Shown: positions 17,722 through 25,404, counted from the first letter of the stretch. The stretch is 32,000 bases of DNA from a bacterium (GCA_037444445.1 JBBIMK010000017.1:16103-48102), one strand, 5' to 3'. The notes: generated by a model from the letters alone, not told the origin. Numbers and translations: made by a program.

Positions 17722-18660
17722 TTACTCTTTCGGCAGGGCTTCAAAATAAATACTACGGGTCTCCCACAGGAGAACTCGGCGAAGAACGACCCGGGTTTGA
17801 CCGGGTATTGAAAGGGCAGGCAATGCCTCCTTTATTCCCTGAAAGAGGTATCCTGCAATGTGCTCTCCCGTAGGATTATGGGTTTGAAAGTAGGGAACTT
17901 CCACATCCAGCCGTTTGTGGTCCAGTTCATTCAGTATCTTCTGAACGGTAGCATTTAGAGGGTCCAGGGGAACTCCCACTCCTGTTACGGGTGAGGGAAC
18001 CGCTTCCACTGTGGCTTCCAGAATATAATCGTGACCGTGGCCCTTCTCTCGCCCGCACTTCCCGAAAATTCGGAAATTTTGTGCAGAAGACAGATGGGGC
18101 GCCCACAGGCGATGCGCCGCAGAAAAACCATACTTCCTCGTAAGCCCTACCCCGCCAGGCTCCCTCTGGCTCCCCGCCTCCTTCCTCCCTCTTCCTTTCT
18201 CTAATATCCCTGCTTTTTCCTCCCCGTAATATTCCACATACAGGTCATCCGTTTCATAGAGTTTCAGCCGATGAAGGAAAATACCTCTGGGCAGTTTCTT
18301 TTCAATCTTTCCCCACAACACCTTGCAAAGATTCTCGGTAGTGGGCTGGATATTCTTAAAGTAGGGCGTTTCTTCGTTCAAAAACCGGTGGTCAAACTCC
18401 TCCAGAACCCGATTCACCAGGTTCTTCAACTCTGTCACATTGAGTATCATACCCGTCTCAGGATTCACAGGCCCGGACACCGTGACCTCTAACAGGTAGT
18501 TGTGTCCGTGTCCATACGGGCTCACACACTTCCCGAACACCCTTCGGTTCTTTTTTTCCGTCCACGCCGGATTCCAGTAACGATGGGAGGCGGAAAATTC
18601 AAACCGCCTGGTTAAGCAAATCTTCACATCAGGGGTTTCGGGTAGTTCCTTTCTTTTCAT
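17722..18660 (-). CDS. tandem-fused 6-pyruvoyl-tetrahydropterin synthase / QueD-family protein (two complete modules)
   Basis: Trimmed to ATG 18660 (MKRKELPE), 6 nt after the upstream stop. Module 1: FSASHRYW...FGKCVSPYGHGHNYLLEVTV...EFDHRFLNEE...LYETD. Module 2: FSAAHRLW...FGKCGREKGHGHDYILEATV...ELDHKRLD...LWET. Both are close to mammalian PTPS GKCNNPNGHGHNY...DHKNLD. Confidence 0.8.
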   Translation of the reverse strand: MKRKELPETPDVKICLTRRFEFSASHRYWNPAWTEKKNRRVFGKCVSPYGHGHNYLLEVTVSGPVNPETGMILNVTELKNLVNRVLEEFDHRFLNEETPYFKNIQPTTENLCKVLWGKIEKKLPRGIFLHRLKLYETDDLYVEYYGEEKAGILEKGRGRKEAGSQREPGGVGLTRKYGFSAAHRLWAPHLSSAQNFRIFGKCGREKGHGHDYILEATVEAVPSPVTGVGVPLDPLNATVQKILNELDHKRLDVEVPYFQTHNPTGEHIAGYLFQGIKEALPALSIPGQTRVVLRRVLLWETRSIYFEALPKE

Positions 18661-18665
18661 AAATT

Positions 18666-19556
18666 TTATCTTGCACTCTGCACCCTGCCACGGGCTATGT
18701 TCACTTCCACCTGATACCGGCGGTATGCCACCACAAACCCCCAATACAGGTTCATCGGAACCAGAAACATCCACAGGGCATAGTCGGGATGCCCTGCAAA
18801 AGCCCAGAGAGTGACCAGGAGGATTTGAAAACCGAGAGCCAGAGGGCTGACCAGGGTCAGGAAGGAAGGTGTAACCTCCCCGGGTGCGGAAACGCCCTCC
18901 ATTGTCGTCTTCTCCAGAAATTGCATCAGCCGGTCCTGCCAGCCGTAAATGATGGCATACAGCCGCTTCAAAAAAGAGAGTAGGTGAGGATTATCCCCGG
19001 TGAGAGCAAAATTTTCTGTTTCATCTACCCGGCTGGTGGTATCCCCCTCTGTCTGCTTCCGATACACCACGGAATAGTAGTTATAATAGGAACACTGAAG
19101 CGTAGCAAATAGCAGAGCCAGAAGGGCAAAAATCAGATGATGCGGGGCAATGGCAACAAAGACCAGCAGGTTAATGAAAAAATCGGCGAGGGAATCCAGA
19201 AATCGTCCAACGCGAGAAGGAGTTGAACGAGCCCTCGCCAGGGAGCCATCCACCGCATCCAGGAGATTTTTGACCTGTAAGATCATCGCGCCAGCCACCA
19301 TCCTTCCCCGCCCCCCTCCCCGAAGCCCCCCCGTAAAGAAACACCAGGCTGAGAGCACCCCGAACACGGTGTAGACCCCCGTCACCCACCGGGGGGAAAT
19401 GGGCGTGGGCAAGAGCCACCGCACCAGAAGAACCGCCGCAGGACGAGCATAATCGCTCAAGTCCAGAAAACGGGAGGATGGAGGCACTTTCGCCCACCTT
19501 TCCGCTCCCCTCTCTCCACCTTTCTCATCCATTGCTTCCCCTTCTTTTCCTGTCAT
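18666..19556 (-). CDS. CDP-alcohol phosphatidyltransferase family protein
   Basis: DAVDGSLARARSTPSRVGRFLDSLAD matches D-x2-DG-x2-AR-x8-G-x3-D-x3-D. It is a multi-TM protein. Confidence 0.8.
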   Translation of the reverse strand: MTGKEGEAMDEKGGERGAERWAKVPPSSRFLDLSDYARPAAVLLVRWLLPTPISPRWVTGVYTVFGVLSAWCFFTGGLRGGGRGRMVAGAMILQVKNLLDAVDGSLARARSTPSRVGRFLDSLADFFINLLVFVAIAPHHLIFALLALLFATLQCSYYNYYSVVYRKQTEGDTTSRVDETENFALTGDNPHLLSFLKRLYAIIYGWQDRLMQFLEKTTMEGVSAPGEVTPSFLTLVSPLALGFQILLVTLWAFAGHPDYALWMFLVPMNLYWGFVVAYRRYQVEVNIARGRVQSAR

Positions 19557-19581
19557 CTTCTAACCCCTGCCCACCAGTATT

Positions 19582-19610
19582 ATGCTATCCTGTGAAACCC
19601 AATCCGTCAA
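19582..19610 (-). promoter_or_regulatory. sigma70-like promoter candidate for the minus-strand pterin/lipid operon
   Basis: On the minus strand, TTGACG (19610-19605), a 17-nt spacer, then TAGCAT (19587-19582). It lies in the 130-bp divergent intergenic region. A plus-strand TATAAT at 19653-19658 and an AAGGAGGG RBS precede the GH gene. Confidence 0.35.
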
Positions 19611-19686
19611 ACCCCTGAAAAGTGGCAGGGAGGCTTGCCACCCCGGTGTGAATATAATTGTATCAGGAAAAGGAGGGAAGTGAAAG

Positions 19687-22209
19687 ATGGATATTTCTGG
19701 ATTGCTGGCTCGTTTTCCGATAGAAAAGCCTCCCCTTGCCATTGAAAGGGCTGTCCGGCCTTCGGACTATTTTGATGTTCTCGGATTGAGGGCGGGGATT
19801 TTAGGAAATCAAAATGGGAATCTTCAGGTGTGGGTTTATCCCCTCAAAATCGCTCATGATATTCGTCTTTCCTTCCAGTTGGAAGGGGAAACGAATCCCG
19901 TTTCCGGCGAAGAACTTGCCACGACCCTTACCACTTTTCCTTCTCACTCCTCTCTCATCTACTCTCATGAAAAATGGAGGGTGAAAGAAATCTTTTTCGT
20001 TCCGAGAGAAGAGCCTGGAGCCCTGATTTTACTGGATGTGGATACTTCTAAACCCCTCACCATCCTCGTTCAGTTCGTGCCCGATATGCAGCCAATGTGG
20101 CCCGGGGGTCTGGGCGGGCAGTATTCTTACTGGGATGACAGCCTGAAAGCCTTCGTGATAGGAGAGGGGAGAGGGAAATTGTACAGCCTTCTGGGGTCGC
20201 CGGCTGGTCAACAGCCCTCTTACCCCCCCGCTCATGCTCTCCCCGATACACCCAATACCTTCCGAATAGAAGTAACCCCTGCGGATGCCAGAAAATTCTA
20301 TGTCCCTGTTGTCATCGCCGGCTCGGTAGAAGGGTGGGAGCAAACGAAGGACACTTACCAGTCTCTGTTGAAAAATGCAGAAGTCCTGTTCCGGGAACGG
20401 GAAACTTATTACCGGAAATTCTTGCAAGACGACACCGTTCGCGTGTTCACTCCAGACCCGGTTTTGAATGAGGCGGTGGAATGGGCAAAACTCGCTATGG
20501 ACGCCGGCCGGGTTTGTAACCCCCATTTAGGGTGCGGGCTGGTGGCTGGATATGGGCTGTCCGGAAAGGGCGCACGCCCGGGCTTCGCCTGGTTCTTCGG
20601 CGGCGACGCCTCCATCAATTCCCTTGCCATCCTCTCCTACGGACACTCCCCATCGGTAAAACAGGCTCTCCAATTCCAGATGAAGTATCAGCGCGAAGAT
20701 GGTAAAATCCCCCACGAAATCTCTCAGTCCGCAGGCTTCATCCCCTGGTTCACTGAGTATCCCTACCCCTACTATCACGGCGATACCACCCCGTGGTTCC
20801 TCATCTCTATGGCGGAGTATTACAAATACACCGGCGATGCCCGCTTTATCCAGTCCTCCCGGGAGAGCCTTTTGAAAGCCTACCGTTATTGCCTTTCCAC
20901 AGACACCGATGGGGATGGGCTGATGGAAAACACAAAAGCCGGACTGGCGGCTGTGGAGGAAGGCCCTCTCCGACAGCGAGTGCTGGTGGACATCTTCCTC
21001 GCCTCCGTATGGTTGGAAGCCCTGAAAGGGATTGCCCTATTAGCCGAGCCCCTCAACGACCCTCCCTTGAAGGATGAAGCACAGGAAATCGGGAAAAAAG
21101 CGGAAAAAACCTTCCTGAAGAACTTTTTTGAAGGCAGGGAATATCCCTATTTTGCCCTCTATGAGAAGGGAGGCGGGATTGATGAAATCACCGCCTGGCC
21201 CGCATTTCCCCTTGCCTTCCTCCAGATTCCAGATACCCTGGCGGAACCCATTCTCCAGCGCCTCTCAGCCGCAGATATGTTCTCCGACTGGGGGATTCAC
21301 TTCCTCTCCACGAAGAGTTCTGTATACGACCCGACACGATATAATGGGGGTGCGGTCTGGCCCTTTCTATCCGGCTTCGCAGTGTGGGCGCAATACCAGT
21401 ATCATCGCCCCTACGCGGGATATTCCGAGTTACAGGCCCTTGCAGGCTTGCATTTTTTCTCTGCTCCGGGTGCCGCTCATGAGGTCTTCTCCGGGGATTA
21501 TTTCCGCCCTCTGTTCGCCTCCGTTCCCCACCAGCTCTTCTCTTCAGGCTCCTTCTTAACCGCCTTCTATCGGGGGCTTTTAGGCGTGAACCTCAACGCC
21601 CACATTCACTCCCTCTCCTTCTCGCCTCATCTCCCTCCGCAATGGCACCGGATAGAGATTCAAAATATCTCCATCGGCACCAGCCGTGTGAATATCCAGA
21701 TGGAAAGAAACGAAAATCGCCGGGTAGTGCGGGTTCTAAAGCAGGGAACGACACCGGTCAATTTCCACTTCTCCCCCGCCTTCGGTATCGGAGCCAGGAT
21801 TTTGAATATCAAAGTCAACGGGAAACCCGTAAAATGGACGGTTCACGATACCGGGCTGGATTCTCATGCCACCGTGGAAGTCCCTCTCACCGAAAGAACC
21901 CTCATTGAAATGGAAGTGGAAGAAGGGATAGAAATTTTTTCACCGGTGTGGAAGCAGGAAACCGGCGCCCGCACATCCGGGCTGAAAATCCTTTCCGCCT
22001 CACGGAAGCATTCTTCTTTCTCCATTACCGTACAAGGCTTATCCGGGAACTCCTACGAATTGCAACTGTTTTTGCCCTATCCCCCGGAAAAGGTAGAAGG
22101 TGCCGAACTTCTTCTGCCGTCGGAGAATAAGACCTACCGCTTCCAATTCCATCTCCCACCCTCCGAACCCCCTGCTTCTATTTCCCACACCCTCACACTT
22201 TACCTCTAA
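19687..22209 (+). CDS. large (alpha/alpha)6-barrel-type glycoside hydrolase, glycogen-debranching (GDE_C)-like
   Basis: 840-aa ORF with a strong RBS. ARPGFAWFFGGDASINSLAIL...EDGKIPHE...GDTTPWFLISMAEYYKYTGD...DGDGLMEN resembles the amylo-alpha-1,6-glucosidase / GH15-63-like catalytic barrel. The exact family was not determined. Confidence 0.55.
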   Translation: MDISGLLARFPIEKPPLAIERAVRPSDYFDVLGLRAGILGNQNGNLQVWVYPLKIAHDIRLSFQLEGETNPVSGEELATTLTTFPSHSSLIYSHEKWRVKEIFFVPREEPGALILLDVDTSKPLTILVQFVPDMQPMWPGGLGGQYSYWDDSLKAFVIGEGRGKLYSLLGSPAGQQPSYPPAHALPDTPNTFRIEVTPADARKFYVPVVIAGSVEGWEQTKDTYQSLLKNAEVLFRERETYYRKFLQDDTVRVFTPDPVLNEAVEWAKLAMDAGRVCNPHLGCGLVAGYGLSGKGARPGFAWFFGGDASINSLAILSYGHSPSVKQALQFQMKYQREDGKIPHEISQSAGFIPWFTEYPYPYYHGDTTPWFLISMAEYYKYTGDARFIQSSRESLLKAYRYCLSTDTDGDGLMENTKAGLAAVEEGPLRQRVLVDIFLASVWLEALKGIALLAEPLNDPPLKDEAQEIGKKAEKTFLKNFFEGREYPYFALYEKGGGIDEITAWPAFPLAFLQIPDTLAEPILQRLSAADMFSDWGIHFLSTKSSVYDPTRYNGGAVWPFLSGFAVWAQYQYHRPYAGYSELQALAGLHFFSAPGAAHEVFSGDYFRPLFASVPHQLFSSGSFLTAFYRGLLGVNLNAHIHSLSFSPHLPPQWHRIEIQNISIGTSRVNIQMERNENRRVVRVLKQGTTPVNFHFSPAFGIGARILNIKVNGKPVKWTVHDTGLDSHATVEVPLTERTLIEMEVEEGIEIFSPVWKQETGARTSGLKILSASRKHSSFSITVQGLSGNSYELQLFLPYPPEKVEGAELLLPSENKTYRFQFHLPPSEPPASISHTLTLYL

Positions 22210-22562
22210 ACCGCCTCTGCGGTGATATAATTCCAGAGTGGTGGAAGCAGACGGGGTAATAAAATGGGAGCCCTCCCTTTCCAGCCTCCATCCTGCCACA
22301 TTCCGGCGCGGAGCAGGATTCCAGTTCCCATCAGAACCGTGTTCATTTCTCCCTCCCCGCAAAAACTTCTCTCACCCCGGAACCGTTGTGATGAAATGGG
22401 GGTGGGGAGGGAAAAGAAAAGTTGAAAAACTATGATGAAGAAAAGGATGTTGACCTGAAAATTCCGGTGTGAGTGTGTATTATCAGGAAGAAGTGCTTCC
22501 ACTGATGGAAGTTGCACGGGAATAAAGGGCATTCTTTTGTTGCGAGGTGAGGGGATAAATGG

Positions 22563-22591
22563 GGGGGCGTGGGAAAGTTTCCCACGCCCCC
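22563..22591 (-). terminator. GC-rich hairpin after the capsid gene (terminator-like, weak U-tract)
   Basis: A perfect 12-bp stem, GGGGGCGTGGGA (22563-22574) pairing TCCCACGCCCCC (22580-22591), with a 5-nt loop. It lies about 50 nt after the stop at 22644. The minus-strand tail is CCATTTAT, so there is no strong U run. Confidence 0.4.
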
Positions 22592-22643
22592 GACCCTGCC
22601 CCGGCTCCCCATCGCGAAGGGCGGGGCGAATGAGCGCCTGCGA

Positions 22644-24164
22644 TTATACGCTGGATGCGATGTTGTAGCCGATGCCGACGATTTTTTGCGTGGAAGCGTC
22701 CAGCCGGTCCACAAACCCGATGCGCTGGCTCGCCACAATCTCAATGGTTCCCGTCTTGATGTCCCGAAATGCCTCAATGAAAGCCATCCGACGGTTCCCA
22801 TAAATGAATCCCCGACGATATACCAGAGCGAGGATGGTTTTGTTCGTGGTGATGCCGTCGTAGACGCCATTGGCGTTCAAATCCTCTCGCACATATTCGG
22901 AGACGATGATGGGGATGCCGTCCAGCCTTCCCAGTTCCCCGTTGAGAAGAGTCGCCCGGGCTCCGTATTTGTCCACCGTGAGAACCACAGGATTGCCGGC
23001 AGAGTCCTTCAGGTTCAACAACTGGATGTAGCCACCGATGGAAACCACCCATGCCAGGTCGTTCGGGTCCACGCCATAGATACCAAGAGCACCGCGAAGG
23101 GTGCGCATCTTCTCCACGGTGAGGGTGCCGAGAAAATCTATCCTGGCACCACTCAGGGCTTTCTTCCGATACCCCTTCCAGGCTTTCCTGACATCGGTGG
23201 CCTCGGTGACATCGGAGTCCATGTGGGATGCGGAGTCATCGCCATTGATGGTGGCGTTCTCTATGCCGGCAGCCAGGGCGGAAACGATGTCGCTCTTAAT
23301 GACCGGCAGGAGAGCGAAAACGGAATCTTCCTCCAGTTCATAGGAGACGGGGACGAAGACGGCGAGGGTTCTGGCATCCAACGAAGCCTGCCCGGTCCCC
23401 AGCGCCGAGGAGGGCGGAGCCACATTCTCACTCTTCAGATAGGCCGTGGAAAAACCGGTTTGCCTCGGGAGTTTGAACGGGTCTGTGGGCATAGAAAGGT
23501 GCTCGTGAAGGGAAGCCACCTTCAACTGGAGTCGGACTTTTTCCACCAGTTCTGGTGAGAAGCCGGTGGGAATCCACTCTGCGCCAGCCCCCGGTGTTCC
23601 CGTGTCCATCGCCTTTCCCAGTTCCTCCACCTGGCGCAGGTAATCCTCCCACTTCCGCAAAAGTTGCGGGGGCTTCCCGAGGAGTGCGGAGGCGATGTAA
23701 AGGTCATCCGCTGTCTGCTGAACCCGTTGAACCTGCGGGTTTTGTGAAGATTTCTGCAGAATCTCTCCCGGCTTCATCCCCCCATCAGGAGAATCGGAAA
23801 CGGGAAATCCTCCCTTCCGGACCAGTTTGCCCTTGAAACTCTCCTCATACTTCAGAAGAGCCTGTGTGATAAGTTTCTCACCCTCTTCAGGCGAGAGGTT
23901 GTCAGAGGCGGCTTTTCGGGCAGCTTCCGCCACCAGCCGTGCCCCTTCCTCTGCTGTCAATGCGTTCTCCATAATTGGATTCACCTCCTTGTGTGAGTTT
24001 TCAGGATTTTCAAATTCTAAATTTTGTATGTCTTTCTCTGTTCCCCGGTGCCGTTTCAACAGGAGAAATTTCCGACGGTTAGCGGGTGAGTCCACCAGGC
24101 TCACCTCCTGAACCAGAAACTTCAGAACCTTCCTTCCCTTCTTCCTGCTTCCCTCTTCCATCAT
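22644..24164 (-). CDS. HK97-fold phage major capsid protein homologue with N-terminal scaffold/delta-like extension (orphan)
   Basis: The C-terminal ~320 aa (TGTPGAGAEWIPTGFSPELVEKV...VPVSYELEEDSVFALLP...ENATINGDDS...) read like PF05065-type capsid proteins. The N-terminal ~190 aa are charged and helical and contain EVSLVDSPANRRKFLLLK. AGGAGG (24179-24174) lies 9 nt before ATG 24164. The track start at 24194 is a GTG 10 codons upstream. Confidence 0.8.
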   Translation of the reverse strand: MMEEGSRKKGRKVLKFLVQEVSLVDSPANRRKFLLLKRHRGTEKDIQNLEFENPENSHKEVNPIMENALTAEEGARLVAEAARKAASDNLSPEEGEKLITQALLKYEESFKGKLVRKGGFPVSDSPDGGMKPGEILQKSSQNPQVQRVQQTADDLYIASALLGKPPQLLRKWEDYLRQVEELGKAMDTGTPGAGAEWIPTGFSPELVEKVRLQLKVASLHEHLSMPTDPFKLPRQTGFSTAYLKSENVAPPSSALGTGQASLDARTLAVFVPVSYELEEDSVFALLPVIKSDIVSALAAGIENATINGDDSASHMDSDVTEATDVRKAWKGYRKKALSGARIDFLGTLTVEKMRTLRGALGIYGVDPNDLAWVVSIGGYIQLLNLKDSAGNPVVLTVDKYGARATLLNGELGRLDGIPIIVSEYVREDLNANGVYDGITTNKTILALVYRRGFIYGNRRMAFIEAFRDIKTGTIEIVASQRIGFVDRLDASTQKIVGIGYNIASSV

Positions 24165-24354
24165 TTTTTCCAACCTCCTGCTATCATCCATCACAAGGCT
24201 ATGCGAAAAGTTCAGGTGGAAGCGGGTTCACCCCCCTAGGAGAGAAGGAAGGCGGAGTAGGGAACCACCTGAAGCCGTCCGCCTGTCAATGGGTTAACTA
24301 CTCTCAATCTTGCCCCCAATCCTCCGGCAGACCTTTGTGCTGACGGCATACAAC

Positions 24355-24383
24355 TTGACATCTTCAGGGTTGTATATTATAGT
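24355..24383 (+). promoter_or_regulatory. sigma70-like promoter immediately upstream of direct-repeat copy 1
   Basis: TTGACA (24355-24360), a 17-nt spacer, then TATAGT (24378-24383). The repeat starts at 24386. Confidence 0.45.
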
Positions 24384-24385
24384 AG

Positions 24386-24481
24386 AATTGTCATGCGACA
24401 GCAGGAGATTGACGGTATTTATGAAATTCGCCAGATTGCAGGTGAAAGTGCTTCCCCGAGGGGGAAAATCGGAAGTGGTGG
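24386..24481 (+). repeat. direct repeat copy 1 (96 bp, identical to 25471-25566)
   Basis: Base-by-base comparison: aattgtcatgcgacagcaggagattgacggtatttatgaaattcgccagattgcaggtgaaagtgcttccccgagggggaaaatcggaagtggtgg is identical in both copies. Confidence 0.95.
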
Positions 24482-24504
24482 TGCAAGTAGGTGAGAAAAT
24501 ATGA
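24421..24504 (+). pseudogene. 5' fragment of the DUF167 gene (codons 1-20 duplicated, then 7 novel codons), acting as a 27-codon upstream ORF
   Basis: [20 protein letters not shown] is identical to the start of the intact DUF167 gene at 25506. It then reads VQVGEKI and stops. Stop TGA 24502-24504 overlaps ATG 24501-24503 of the next gene (ATGA). Confidence 0.6.
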
Positions 24505-24758
24505 ATGAAGAGGAAAAAGAGAAGAAGGGTAAGATTGCCCGAATAGAGAATTTCGGATACGGAATTATTGTAGATGAAGAAGGAAAGGAATACTTTTTCA
24601 CATTAGATAAGGTAGAAGGGTATCAGGGTCAAACCGTGCAAGCCCTCAGGTGGAAGAAAGGGAATCCCGTTCACTTTTCTATCCAGAATGGTAAAGTATC
24701 TTCCGTGAAAGTCCTGAAAAACTCTGACAAAGTGAAGGGATTAGTGATTGCCCCCTGA
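24501..24758 (+). CDS. small cold-shock-domain/OB-fold-like protein
   Basis: 85 aa with AGGTGA 6 nt upstream of the ATG. GKIARIENFGYGIIVDEEGKEYFF resembles the CSD RNP1/RNP2 arrangement (KGFGFI...VFVHF). It has an unusual acidic-lysine N-tail, MNEEEKEKKGK. Confidence 0.6.
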   Translation: MNEEEKEKKGKIARIENFGYGIIVDEEGKEYFFTLDKVEGYQGQTVQALRWKKGNPVHFSIQNGKVSSVKVLKNSDKVKGLVIAP

Positions 24759-25404
24759 CCCTTATCATTTCCTCGACCCCAGGAAGCCAGTTCACACACG
24801 AGAGATTCGCCCTGACAAGCCCTTGCCTCGCCATATTCGCAAATTTGGTTACCTGCCAGACGCAGGTTTCTTACTGCCAGGAGACCTGATTCTGGTTCAT
24901 AACCTGAAACTCCCTTACTTTTCTAAGGCTATTGTGAGTGCTCAGAGAAATGGAGGATATCAGGAAGAAGATGCCAGATGGCATCATGCGGCAGTGTACA
25001 TAGACGGCTATCTAATTTGTGAGGCTCAACTTTCTGGGGTAAAGACGGATTACCTTTATCAATACATTCCTACCCATTTGATTCGTATCAGGCGTGATGT
25101 ATCTCTTCTGCCGGATGACAGATGGAAAATCGTTGTAAACGCCTTGAGGAAACTTCGTGAGCCATACGGATTCCGGTCCATTGTAGCCCTCTATTGGCAA
25201 AGCAAAATTGGATTCTGGAGGCCAATTCTGAGGTTTGGATATACCCGTGGAGTCATCTGCTCTCAGCTTTACGCGGAAGCCTACTCACTGGTAACCCACC
25301 GGCTGCTTGTTCCTGGAACCCTCGGGCGTCCAACCCCTGCGGATTTGAGTTTAACACCGGTATTGACAGATATTCCCATAGATTGGATAAAACTCCAGGT
25401 TTGA
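24748..25404 (+). CDS. permuted papain-like (NlpC/P60 superfamily, YiiX/YaeF-type) hydrolase
   Basis: 218 aa with a TTG start, the only start after an in-frame TGA, and GAAGGGA upstream. It overlaps the previous gene by 11 nt. Motif order PGDLILV..SKAIV..WHHAAVYI..ICEA..REPYGF..VICSQLYAEAY parallels E. coli YiiX (TGDIIFQ..SKAIQ..YSHTGMLV..VFEA..GKPYDF..YCSEVVWKVY). No signal peptide. Confidence 0.65.
   Translation: MPPDPYHFLDPRKPVHTREIRPDKPLPRHIRKFGYLPDAGFLLPGDLILVHNLKLPYFSKAIVSAQRNGGYQEEDARWHHAAVYIDGYLICEAQLSGVKTDYLYQYIPTHLIRIRRDVSLLPDDRWKIVVNALRKLREPYGFRSIVALYWQSKIGFWRPILRFGYTRGVICSQLYAEAYSLVTHRLLVPGTLGRPTPADLSLTPVLTDIPIDWIKLQV

Noticed and set aside
19557-19686. The strand switch from an all-minus array to plus-strand genes could mark a replication origin.
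   Set aside because: The intergenic region is only 130 bp. It has no DnaA-box-like TTATCCACA repeats and no AT-rich unwinding element, and no dnaA or dnaN is nearby. It is better explained as a divergent promoter region.
22225-22290. Possible third, partial copy of the 96-bp repeat (shared tataatt and gacgg strings) that would bound a larger element including the capsid gene.
   Set aside because: A manual alignment falls apart after 7 nt, and the similarity is at chance level.
22569-23558. 329-aa plus-strand ORF overlapping the capsid gene.
   Set aside because: It is antisense to a gene with clear HK97 capsid similarity. Its sequence is low-complexity (G/D/R/P-rich) and has no recognisable motifs. 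It is a typical shadow ORF.
24222-24238. gcgggttcaccccccta looked like a tRNA T-arm (GGTTCA), which could mark a tRNA-type integration site.
   Set aside because: The flanks cannot form the T-stem (GCGGG would need CCCGC), and no acceptor, D or anticodon arms can be built. It is not a tRNA or a tRNA fragment.
24195-24385. Searched upstream of the capsid gene for a frameshifted remnant of a prohead protease, given the protease-terminus-like VSLVDSPAN motif.
   Set aside because: The in-frame upstream reading hits a stop after 11 codons. The other frames give short stop-interrupted peptides with no protease-like motifs.
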